Assembly: GCA_963705595.1 (NCBI GenBank)
Contig: CAVPKD010000006.1
Location: forward strand, 321,781-385,780
From: Nitrospirota bacterium
GTDB taxonomy: Bacteria; Nitrospirota; UBA9217
Reading direction: 5' to 3'
DNA length: 64,000 bases
The notes beneath the pieces are model-generated. The model had not been told where the DNA came from and did not search any database. It saw nothing but the letters and a program-made list of their open reading frames with translations. A program made the translations under genes and the position numbers. Positions 31,318 through 40,457 of this stretch are shown here, piece after piece. How positions within the stretch are numbered: position 1 is the first letter of the stretch; each line of letters begins with the position of its first letter.

Positions 31318-32965
31318 ATGAAAAGGTATATCGTTATCATAGCAGTCCTTGCGATCATCATTTCGGCTCTCATGATCCTAAGTGTTTTTTTTCAGCGGAC
31401 GCTCCAGATGGAGACGGCCGAACAGTTCAACAGGCAGCAACTGCTCCTTGCCAATGCAGAGGCATCGAACATTCAGACCTATCTAAGTAGCGTAAAAGAG
31501 GAAATGCTCCATATCGCTCAATCCGTGTCACTGCTCCAGATCCGCAAAGAGACGGATTGCAGGTTGCTTACCAACGCGATTTTTAAGGACAACGATAATG
31601 TCAAGAAACGGATAGAATTCCTCGATCGTAACGGGGAAATATTTTTCAGCCGAGGGAACGTGCATGCAGAAGGACCCGATGAAAAAAAGATCGTCAGCGG
31701 GGCAAGAAGGTTGTGTCCCGGCGATGTGCAGATAGAACAGGATACGAAGAGGATTTCCATCGTCGCTCCGATGTGTCGTTATGACTCCCTCATCGGTGCG
31801 GTGGTGATTACCCTTGATATCCAGGACATCGCGATGACCTTCCTCAGCCCCATAAAATCCGGCTTCACGAGGGTATGCATGGATGATGGATGAAAAAGGG
31901 AACCTTCTGTACCATCCAACCCAGCCCAACATGGTCGGCAGGAATTTATACAAGACCGACTCTTCCTGCTTCAAATGTCATAAAACCTTTGACGTGGAAA
32001 AGAAGATCATTGAAGGGAGAGGCGACTATTACGGAAGATACGTTGCACCGACCGGGGAAGACAAGATCCTGGCCTTCTCCACCATAGCGGTCGGGAATGC
32101 ACGGTGGATCGTGGCGGTATCGGCCCCCTATTCCGAGGTCACCATGTCGATCAAGAGGTCCATGAACCTCTATGCGTGGATCATTATCGTGATCTTTATG
32201 ACGACCAGCGGTGTTGCCGCAATGCTGCTTGTTTTAAACCGGAAACAGGAACAAGCCGAAGAGCGGGCAAAACATGAGAAGGAACTCGAGATGATGCACT
32301 CCGAAAAGCTTGCATCCCTCGAACGGTTGACCTCGGGCATAACCTCCGAAATAGGAAATCCCTTAACATCGGTTTTCTCTTTTATCGACGTATTAATGGA
32401 TATGGAGGATGATGAGTTTAAAAAGGAGACGCTCGAGACCATCTTCTTCCATATGAACAGGATCGCGGACATCCTGAAACAGCTTTCCAGTTTTTCGAAG
32501 ATGCCGCCTATGGAGCTCAAACCCTGCAAGGTGAACAGCCTTATCGAGGAGTCCCTTTCTCTCATCCAGTACGACCAGAGGGTACAGGACATCACCGTCG
32601 TGAGGGACCTCTGGCCCGATATGCCGGCGATCACCACGGACGGGAACCAGCTCTCCCAGGTCATCGTGAACATCGTATTGAACGCAGCGGATGCAATGCC
32701 GAGCGGGGGGACACTCACAATACGAAGCAGGGTAGAGAATAACAGTATCGTGATCGATTTTGAGGATACGGGAGTTGGCATTGACAAAGAGAATCTCAGC
32801 AGGATATTCGACCCATTTTACACCACGAAAGAGCATGGTACGGGTCTGGGCCTCGCGGTGAGCTATAGCATCATTAAGAAACTCAACGGAAGCCTTACGG
32901 TAGAAAGCGATCTCAACAAGGGCTCCAGATTTATGATAACCCTTCCGATGAAAGGAACGGGATGA
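31318..32965 (+). pseudogene. Membrane sensor histidine-kinase-like protein (periplasmic Cache-like domain with CXXCH; HATPase); one +1 disruption near 31860
   Basis: TM helix, then RGYAWMMDEKGNLLYHP and SSCFKCHK, a second TM helix, a DHp-like helix LTSGITSEIGNPL, then N, G1, F and G2 boxes (NAADAM, DTGVGI, FDPFYTTK, GTGLGL). Confidence 0.8.
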
Positions 32966-33337
32966 AGCCTATGCTCATATTTATTATTGAGAAACCGTCA
33001 GACCTTCGGGAAGTTGGTCAATTTATCCCTTCATTAAAAGGATTCCCGCCATGGTTTCCGTCTAATTAGTACCTCTTTCAGCCATGGTTACATTCTTAAT
33101 AATCGCTATCAGCTACGTCTACATCCACAAGCCATATCCAACCTTAATCCCCACTCATAAAAGGGGGGGATTCTCCATTGTGTACATTCCCATGACTATG
33201 TGTATTTCTACACAGGGCCCGCAACGTTTAAGGCTTTCATCACCTGTGGGGAATTGCGGCTGTGGATCCATGCTCGCAAGGACACAAAGAAAGTGATTTT
33301 TTCAGGAAGAAGCCTATTCTTTAAATGAATAGTGTGA

Positions 33338-33916
33338 TCACTGTGAATTAGCCGTATTTCCTTCTCTCCTGGATCGTGCAACGAGGCCCCCTATCGCACC
33401 TATAAGCATTGCCAATGGGACGAACATGATAAAGGAAACTAAGACGCCGCCAAATGCAGCAAGCCCCAGTCCAGCAGGCTTAAATAAATAGTTCAGGAGA
33501 AAAATACCTCCTTTTAATACCACGTGGTCAATAAAATAAATGATTGTTCCGGCGAGAGCAGATTGCCATATGTCGCCGACTTTTCTTCTTATAATAAACC
33601 ATCCTGCATAAAAAATTATGGCAATCCTGCCGATATTATATACAATATTTCCGATGCTGAATGGTAAGAGCGAAAAGAGAGTATTTACCAAAAAGAAATT
33701 GATAACAACAAAGAAGATCGGACGTCTTATCACGGCAAGATATCTTTTCATATTTATATCCTCATTGCTAGCGGATGCTATGGATTTGACAATTGCCACT
33801 GATTCTGCCGACTCGCCAGTTGATGAGCAGAGCATAAACTCTTTCTCAACAGAGATTATAGCCGCAGGATACAGGCAGATGACAGCGAGGAATAAAAAAG
33901 CAATTTTGTTTTCCAC
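33338..33916 (-). CDS. Hypothetical polytopic membrane protein (low-GC islet)
   Basis: 192-aa ORF with 4-5 hydrophobic helices; no family recognised; the start may be the internal MKRYLAV. Confidence 0.45.
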   Translation of the reverse strand: MENKIAFLFLAVICLYPAAIISVEKEFMLCSSTGESAESVAIVKSIASASNEDINMKRYLAVIRRPIFFVVINFFLVNTLFSLLPFSIGNIVYNIGRIAIIFYAGWFIIRRKVGDIWQSALAGTIIYFIDHVVLKGGIFLLNYLFKPAGLGLAAFGGVLVSFIMFVPLAMLIGAIGGLVARSRREGNTANSQ

Positions 33917-34261
33917 GGATACACGGATTTATAGTGATGAAACCAAACAATTTTTATGGATAATAAAACGTTATTGTCCGCGTCTATCTGTGGTTAATAT
34001 GTAAACTGCTTTATTCCTTGAGTAATAAGCGACTTGGGATAGACTGACTATAATATAAATGCGTGTGCCTTGACAAGAGTGAAATAAATAGGAGCGTGGC
34101 AATCTCGCAGAACAATTCAAGGTCTGCTTCGTTCCACGCCTGACAATGACACTTTATAATAGTTTATATATCTGTATAGAAAACGAAATCTTGATAATTA
34201 CCTCACATCCTGTCTCCTTCACCCTGTCCATATTTCCAATGGGAGATGATGCGTAGTGGTT

Positions 34262-35782
34262 TCAGATTTGGCGTTCGGAGGTTTTAATAGCCGTTGCGTT
34301 CAGCCCCTTCCTCTGTCTATTGAAAAGGTCCATTTTGAGCGCCAGCCAGAAGAGGCTTCTGATACTTTTCAAAACTACCTTCACGTCATTGATCGTCCGC
34401 AGGTCTCGTAGTTTTTTTAGCATAAAGGACGGCCTGAGATAGAATTTCTTGAAGGCGATCTGACGGAGCTTCTGGATATCCTCCCGCGTCATGGTCTTCG
34501 GTATGAAGGCCGCACCTTGATACGTGAAGTCTGAGAGCTCATCGGAAATCGTCCCGTATCGTTCCAGATTGTCATAGAGATAGGTGCCGGGGAACGGTGT
34601 GATAGCATGAAAATTCGCCATTTCAGGGTTCAGCTTGATTGCGAATTCGATGGTCTGAAGCCCTTCCTCAAATGTTTCACCGGGTATTCCGAACATGAAG
34701 GGTGTACTGACCTTGAGGCCGACATCCTGTGCAGTCCTCACGGCGTTCTGAATCTGCTCCAGTCTTGTGCCTTTTCTGATGGTATTGAGATTTTTTTGGA
34801 CGCCGCTCTCCGCGCCGAAGAGAATGGCCCAGCAGCCTGCATCCCGGAACGCCTTGAGAAGTGGCTTGTCTACCTGGTTGACGCAGGCAGAGGCAAACCA
34901 CGTGATTGACAGGCGGCGCCTCCGGATCTCCTGCGTAATCTGCATTGCCCGGTCATAATCAGCGGCGAAGGTATCGTCAAGGAATTTTATCTCTTTATAA
35001 CCCTGGCGTACGCAAAGCTCGATCTCTTGAATCACATTCTCGACACTCCGGTAGCGGATCCCGCTCTTTCGGTCCTTGTCCAACTGAAAACAGTAAATGC
35101 AATGCCTGTTGCATCCCCGTGAGGTTATCATTACGGCTACCGGTTTTTTCCGGTAGGTCCCAGGCGGAGGGATATAGCGATCCGTATCGCCCAAAAGCTC
35201 CCGCGCAGGGAACGGAAGGGAATCCAGATTGGTGATGAGCGGCCTCGGAGAATTTTTGTAGATCTTGTTCCCCTCGCGGTACACCGCGCCCATCACTCCT
35301 TCTATGCTTCGGCCGCTCTGTAGCCGTTCGACGATCTCGAGGACGGTAAACTCACCTTCACCGGTAACGATCGCATCAATGCTGGCTCCCGCGTCGTTCA
35401 GGCAACGCTCTTGAACAGCAATGGGATAGGGCCCTCCCGCGCAGATAAAGCAACGGCCGGAAAACCGTCTTTTCAGGTCAGCAGCGGTCTTCTTTGCTTT
35501 GCTCCATCCGAAGGTCGTTGAGTAGATCCCGATAAAGCGCGGTCTGAATTGCTCAAGTTCGGAAAGAATCTGCTCGTGGGTCAGGAAAGCGCCGTTGATA
35601 AACTTGACAAAATGACCGGCTTTCTGGAGCACGGCTGCGACGGACAGAGTGCCGACCGGCTGCCAGTAGTTAATCTGTGAGCTTGCGGTCTTTGAGGAAA
35701 ATATCTCTTCGGGGACCCAGGCGGGTATGACCAGTGCGCACTTCATATAAACATTATGTGCTCGCGAGGACCAATTCGCCAA
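34262..35782 (-). CDS. B12-binding-domain radical SAM protein (class B)
   Basis: N-terminal Rossmann-like cobalamin domain, TSRGCNRHCIYCFQ (CX3CX2C), 506 aa. Confidence 0.85.
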   Translation of the reverse strand: MANWSSRAHNVYMKCALVIPAWVPEEIFSSKTASSQINYWQPVGTLSVAAVLQKAGHFVKFINGAFLTHEQILSELEQFRPRFIGIYSTTFGWSKAKKTAADLKRRFSGRCFICAGGPYPIAVQERCLNDAGASIDAIVTGEGEFTVLEIVERLQSGRSIEGVMGAVYREGNKIYKNSPRPLITNLDSLPFPARELLGDTDRYIPPPGTYRKKPVAVMITSRGCNRHCIYCFQLDKDRKSGIRYRSVENVIQEIELCVRQGYKEIKFLDDTFAADYDRAMQITQEIRRRRLSITWFASACVNQVDKPLLKAFRDAGCWAILFGAESGVQKNLNTIRKGTRLEQIQNAVRTAQDVGLKVSTPFMFGIPGETFEEGLQTIEFAIKLNPEMANFHAITPFPGTYLYDNLERYGTISDELSDFTYQGAAFIPKTMTREDIQKLRQIAFKKFYLRPSFMLKKLRDLRTINDVKVVLKSIRSLFWLALKMDLFNRQRKGLNATAIKTSERQI

Positions 35783-37166
35783 GTTCGACGGCGTCAGCAG
35801 AGCGGGATTTTTGAATGACCTTCTCCGCGGTCTCTATGCCTGACCGTATCGCAACATCCATATTATAATAGCGGAACATGCCGCTTCTGCCTGCAATGTG
35901 AAGGTTGCTGAAGCGTCCCAGGTAGTCATACAAATCATCTACATATTCCCCGTATCCGACCTCGAAAAGCGGATAGGCCTTTGGTACGCGCACTACCACA
36001 CTGTCCAGGACCTCTTGCCTGCTGATAAAGCCGAGTCGGGTAAGGTTGTCGATGGTGATATCCGCGAGCTTGTCATCTTGCATATTCCAGACAGCGTCGC
36101 CTATAAAGCTGAAAAATTCCATGACCAAAAGCGATTTGCCAGGTGGGGCCATGGCGGGGCTCCAGTTTGTCGGCTCATGGATCCTGCCGAAGGGGAACTT
36201 CTGCTCCGGTATATAGATCCATGTTTGGTCAGTGACATGCTCCCGATCCACCATGATCGCCACGACCACTAGATCGCGGAATTTGAGCTTTGCAGCAGTA
36301 TCGAGTATATGTGCAGGCGAAGGGGGATTGAGCATGCTGACGAGCTTTGTTATCGGAATACTGGATATGAATTCATCAGCCGGGATCGTGAGCCTCTGGT
36401 CCTGATTGCGGATAGAGATGCTCTCGATCTTGAAATCAGCATGATTGACACATTCGATAATAGTATCGGTGAATACGTCACTGTGTTTTTCGATCTCGTC
36501 CCTGAGCCGGTCGGACAGCCGCCCAATCCCGAGGGATGGATATAAAAAAATATCCGTCAGAGTCGCCAGGTCCCTGCCGCTGAACTTGAAGAAGGCGTTT
36601 TTGATTGCTTTTGCCAGGGACAGCCCTTTGATGCGCTGGGCAACCCACGTTGCACTGATTCTGCTGCAATCGATGCCCCAGACCTTTTCACTGTACTCCT
36701 TGAAGTAAATATTGAACATGGTACGGCCGAAATTGCTGACTACCCAGTCCTCGAGCGATATGATCTTTTTTTCCCGAATCGTTCGTTTGGCTGTTTCCCA
36801 AGCGTAGTCGGTGAGGATCCCCGTCGTGGTCAATATGCCCAGTCCGAACATGGCATTCAGCGGCTTCAGGGGATAGTCGAAGTATTTATTGCGCATGTAG
36901 ATCTTGCTGTTACGCTGAACGGAGATCAACTCGCTTCCCATGAGCTCCCGCACAAAGGTATTGATCTTTTCGTCCTTGGTGAAAAACCGGTGGCCGCCGA
37001 GATCGAAGCGGAATCCGTTTTTTTCGATCGTTTTCGACAGCCCGCCGACGACGGTATCGCGTTCGTACACGCTGACATTGAAGCCGGCGTTCGTCAAGAC
37101 ATAGCCTGACGAAAGACCGGAGAGGCCGCCGCCTAAAATAATGATGTCCTTTTTTGAGCCGCTCAC
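35754..37166 (-). CDS. FAD-dependent oxidoreductase, UDP-galactopyranose-mutase/amine-oxidase-like
   Basis: IIILGGGLSGLSSG dinucleotide fold, YFKEYSEKVWG (Glf-like); GTG 37166 after AGGTGG preferred; 29-nt overlap with the rSAM gene. Confidence 0.7.
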   Translation of the reverse strand: MSGSKKDIIILGGGLSGLSSGYVLTNAGFNVSVYERDTVVGGLSKTIEKNGFRFDLGGHRFFTKDEKINTFVRELMGSELISVQRNSKIYMRNKYFDYPLKPLNAMFGLGILTTTGILTDYAWETAKRTIREKKIISLEDWVVSNFGRTMFNIYFKEYSEKVWGIDCSRISATWVAQRIKGLSLAKAIKNAFFKFSGRDLATLTDIFLYPSLGIGRLSDRLRDEIEKHSDVFTDTIIECVNHADFKIESISIRNQDQRLTIPADEFISSIPITKLVSMLNPPSPAHILDTAAKLKFRDLVVVAIMVDREHVTDQTWIYIPEQKFPFGRIHEPTNWSPAMAPPGKSLLVMEFFSFIGDAVWNMQDDKLADITIDNLTRLGFISRQEVLDSVVVRVPKAYPLFEVGYGEYVDDLYDYLGRFSNLHIAGRSGMFRYYNMDVAIRSGIETAEKVIQKSRSADAVELGELVLAST

Positions 37167-37260
37167 CGTACCACCTGAGGGTATCCGTGGAAAAGTATAT
37201 GCCGGAGAGTATACGATAATTTTTCTTATCCCGGACAGGCCGGAACCCAAATAATTGAAC

Positions 37261-37344
37261 CGTGAAGGCACCAAAGGTGCAAAGTTTTACGAAGAGTCAA
37301 AGCAATATCTCAAACTCTTCTTCGCGTTCTTTGCAACTTTGTAG
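37261..37344 (-). repeat. Intercistronic imperfect inverted repeat (USP4 / FAD-oxidoreductase spacer)
   Basis: CACCAAAGGTGCAAAGTTTTACGAAGAGT versus the reverse complement of 37314-37344, CTACAAAGTTGCAAAGAACGCGAAGAAGAGT (about 75% by eye). Confidence 0.55.
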
Positions 37345-37534
37345 TAAATTTCTTAATTCATTTTTGTAAGAATTTGATCTGTAAGTTGCCAATGGATGAT
37401 CAAAACGACACGATGGTGAACATCAGATGCTGACTCCACGCATCTGCACTACCGGGTGTGCCGCCACGTCATCCCTTCCCGGCACCAGAGGGGGCTACTG
37501 GATGCCGGCAAGGGAGGCGACATCTTTCTTCTGC

Positions 37535-37999
37535 CTACTTCACGATCAGAACAGGGATGTCTGCACTGTTCGCCACTTCTCTGCTGACGCTTCCCATGAA
37601 AAGGTGGGTGGTTCTTCTGCCCCGCGCTCCGATGACAATCATATCCGCTTTTTCTTCCCTGGCTGTATTCAAGATCTCTTCAGCCGGATGCCCTTTCTTG
37701 ATGATCGTCCTGACTCCGGTTAAGCCTTTGTCTTCCAGGGCTTTTTTGTAGTAACCGACAATAGCGTTGGCCTTTTTATCAAGCGCCTCCTGATATTCGG
37801 TCCCTTCCAAAACTTCCTTCAGGGTCTGCATCTCCGAAACGCTCAGCAACTGGTCGTCCATCAGGGACCTGCCTTCGAGCTTCTCGACATAAACCAGGAT
37901 GATGGTCTCAGGACGCACGCAGGAGCAAAACATCGTGTATGTAGAAAAAGCATTTTTTGTGCCCTTCGTTTCGTCTACTGCAATAAGTATCCGCTTCAT
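37535..37999 (-). CDS. Universal stress protein, paralog 4
   Basis: MKRILIAVDETKGTKNAF...ADMIVIGARGRRTTHLFMGSVSREV...IPVLIV. Confidence 0.85.
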   Translation of the reverse strand: MKRILIAVDETKGTKNAFSTYTMFCSCVRPETIILVYVEKLEGRSLMDDQLLSVSEMQTLKEVLEGTEYQEALDKKANAIVGYYKKALEDKGLTGVRTIIKKGHPAEEILNTAREEKADMIVIGARGRRTTHLFMGSVSREVANSADIPVLIVK

Positions 38000-38096
38000 G
38001 ATTTCTCCGTTATCAGGGATGGTCTTGAAACGACCAGTTCTGCGAATGTTTATGCGTCGTTATGAGAGCAGTTCCCGGTGTTGAGCTATCCGGGCA

Positions 38097-38407
38097 CTAT
38101 TTATATCCGCCTGCTGCCGGCGCCCCGTACCCGCCTGACTTGGGAGCCGGTGCCCCATACCCGCCTGACTTGGGAGCCGGTGCCCCGTACCCGCCTGCTG
38201 CCGGTGCTGTACCGTATCCGCCCGGATGCGGGAGCCGGTGCTGAACCGTAGCCGCCGATGCATGACGCGGAACGCCGAGCCATATCCGCCTGCGGCGCCC
38301 TGGCCCGGCGCGGCTTTCGCTATCATATCATGCTGCTGGCTGTACACCACCAGGAAACCGAGAATGCACACCACGATCGCAATGAGAATTACCAGCGGTG
38401 CTTTCAT
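38097..38407 (-). pseudogene. Small membrane-anchored Gly/Tyr-rich repeat protein (about 7 GGYG motifs); two +1 disruptions
   Basis: MKAPLVILIAIVVCILGFLVV anchor, then GGYGSA / GGYGSAPAPAS / GGYGTAPAA / GGYGAPAPKS x2 / GGYGAPAA / GGYK* recovered across three frames. Confidence 0.5.
38104..38300. repeat. Degenerate tandem repeat encoding the GGYG units; the core is two 30-bp copies
   Basis: 38122-38151 and 38152-38181 differ at one base (GCCCCGTACCCGCCTGACTTGGGAGCCGGT); flanked by diverged copies. Confidence 0.75.
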
Positions 38408-38442
38408 AAGATCCTCCCTTAGATATGGTTTGAAGCAACTGC

Positions 38443-38694
38443 TTAGCCCTTTTTGATTTTAAAGACGATCTTGCCGCCTTCGTTCTTCTTCTCCATCAGG
38501 TCATGTCCGGCCTGATCGAGCATCTGGACGATCGTTTCCGCCGACGAGGGGTTGTCGAAGGTCATCTCGAGGACCTCGCCCTCTCCGATCTTCTCCAGCG
38601 ATTTCTTGCAGTAGATCTGGGGATGGGGGCACACATAGCCGCACACATCGAGCATATAGACACCGTCACCTTTTTTTTCAAATTTCATTGCCAT
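38443..38694 (-). CDS. TusA/SirA-family sulfurtransferase
   Basis: 83 aa; LDVCGYVCPHPQI (CPxP active-site motif); directly downstream of a YeeE gene. Confidence 0.85.
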   Translation of the reverse strand: MAMKFEKKGDGVYMLDVCGYVCPHPQIYCKKSLEKIGEGEVLEMTFDNPSSAETIVQMLDQAGHDLMEKKNEGGKIVFKIKKG

Positions 38695-38725
38695 GACAAA
38701 TATCCTCCTTATATTCGATAGTTAT

Positions 38726-40156
38726 TTATGGGTAGGTTAAAAATCCGCCATTTCCTGCCGCCATCTTTCTCTCCGACCACCAGTTGAAGAACTTGACACC
38801 GGCAAAGGCGCCGGTCACCATGCCGATGCCGTACAGCCATCCGCTCGGATCGCCACCTGCAACGCGGATGAAGAACGCGCCGATGTTGCAGCCGAGCGCG
38901 GGACGCGAGCCCAGTCCCATCAAGGTCCCGCCCAGCAGACCCCACACGATCAGTTCGCCCTTCGGCAGCTTGAACTTGAACTCCTTGCTCATGAGCGACA
39001 TGATCATGGCGCCGAAGATGATGCCGAAGGACATCCAGAGCGCCGGGTTGCGCCAGGGCACGGGGAGCCCGTTATTGACGCCGAAGAACACGTTGTCATG
39101 CATGTTCCATCCGAGCTTGTCGAGGACCCACCCGCCGAACTGTCCTTCCTGGCTGGTGATATACCAGTAGCCCGGGTCAAAGACCGTGCCCCGGATGCTC
39201 GTGTCAGCGGCATGCCCCATCTTGGTGAGGAGCTCTCCGAAATTCGAGATGCCGAACTTGATCTGCATGCCCTTCATGACGAAGATGTGGATGCCCGCGG
39301 TGATGCCGATGATGACCCCCATAATAGAGGTCCGCTTGGACGCCGTCAGCATGCTCCAGATCCCGGCAAACTCGTCGGAGAAGCTTGTCGGCTTGCCCGT
39401 CTGTTTTGCGCGCTTCTTGAGGAAGCCTTTCCGGATGTAGAACGCATAGATGACGACGATCAGCACGAGGGCAGGTATGATCGCGCTGATGAGCGCGTCT
39501 GCGACGAAGAATTTTGATGCGCCCGGGAGGGCATTTGAGAAGGCTTGGGTGTGTGAAAGCTGGATAGAGGGCTGGTCCCAGACGTAGCCGGAAAGGTAGT
39601 AGTCGAACCAGGACCTGACCTTGTCGGCGGGAAGATGCTTCGCTGCGGAAGACGCCTTCCAGGAATCCGGGACCAGTTTCAGGAAGGGCCCGCCGATGTC
39701 AACAAAGATCGCCTGGCCGAAGGATATCCCGAGGATGGAAAGTATCGAGGTGCCGTTGCCTTCGCCGATCTTGTACAGGGACCCCGATGCGCACCCTCCG
39801 GCAAGGACCATCCCCACGCCGAAGATCATCCCCGATATCAGCGTGTGGACGCCGAACGGGGCCGGATGGAAGGTGCTCATGTTGGTTGCTGCGAGCGTTG
39901 CCTGGATGACGCTGAAAAAGATGAGCGCGATCAGGATGCCGACGGCCATTCTCGGAACACCGGCGGCAAACAGATCTCGCGATGCCGAAGCGAAGCAGAA
40001 CCTGCCGTACTGAAGCATCATGCCGTAAGCGATTCCGAACCAGATGTATGCTACCAGGTACATGTAATATACATTTGCCTTGTAATAGAGCAGGCTCACC
40101 AGAATCATCAAGCCTGTTACTACGAAGGCCCAGATCTGATTTTTTTTCTCTTCCAT
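38726..40156 (-). CDS. YeeE/YedE-family sulfur-compound permease (intact, 476 aa)
   Basis: YGRFCFASASRD, LAGGCASGSLYKIGEGNG, ALGCNIGAFF; polytopic. Confidence 0.85.
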   Translation of the reverse strand: MEEKKNQIWAFVVTGLMILVSLLYYKANVYYMYLVAYIWFGIAYGMMLQYGRFCFASASRDLFAAGVPRMAVGILIALIFFSVIQATLAATNMSTFHPAPFGVHTLISGMIFGVGMVLAGGCASGSLYKIGEGNGTSILSILGISFGQAIFVDIGGPFLKLVPDSWKASSAAKHLPADKVRSWFDYYLSGYVWDQPSIQLSHTQAFSNALPGASKFFVADALISAIIPALVLIVVIYAFYIRKGFLKKRAKQTGKPTSFSDEFAGIWSMLTASKRTSIMGVIIGITAGIHIFVMKGMQIKFGISNFGELLTKMGHAADTSIRGTVFDPGYWYITSQEGQFGGWVLDKLGWNMHDNVFFGVNNGLPVPWRNPALWMSFGIIFGAMIMSLMSKEFKFKLPKGELIVWGLLGGTLMGLGSRPALGCNIGAFFIRVAGGDPSGWLYGIGMVTGAFAGVKFFNWWSERKMAAGNGGFLTYP

Positions 40157-40372
40157 AATACTATTTCCCCCTTAAAAAAAATAGTTTGAAAGACGTAGCT
40201 CAGATGCAAAGCAGTTATTTCTTTAAGACTAATCTCGCCCCCTTTCGCTGTTACGTGAATGCGCCGAAAAAACCAACAAATTTTTTTAATCGTATATGCG
40301 GATAAACTTATGAGGAGCAATTCATCTACAGAATATATAATATATAAACTGAGGATCAAAAACAAGCACTAT

Positions 40373-40431
40373 TTTGCATGCTATGTTGCATAATTGCTTG
40401 ATATTGCAACAAAAAAGAACCAGATTGCAAC
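40373..40431. promoter_or_regulatory. Cluster of TTGCA(T/AC) sites upstream of the YeeE-TusA operon, including the palindrome GTTGCA-N14-TGCAAC
   Basis: GTTGCA 40385-90 and TGCAAC 40405-10; ATTGCAAC repeated at 40403-10 and 40424-31; TTTTGCATGC at 40373-82. Confidence 0.3.
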
Positions 40432-40457
40432 TGCGGAGAGGTAGATGGGTAGCCTAT

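Noticed and set aside
38104-38300. CRISPR-like array
   Set aside because: The repeats are directly abutting with no unique spacers, they have 30-nt periodicity in phase with a GGYG coding frame, and no cas genes occur in the window.
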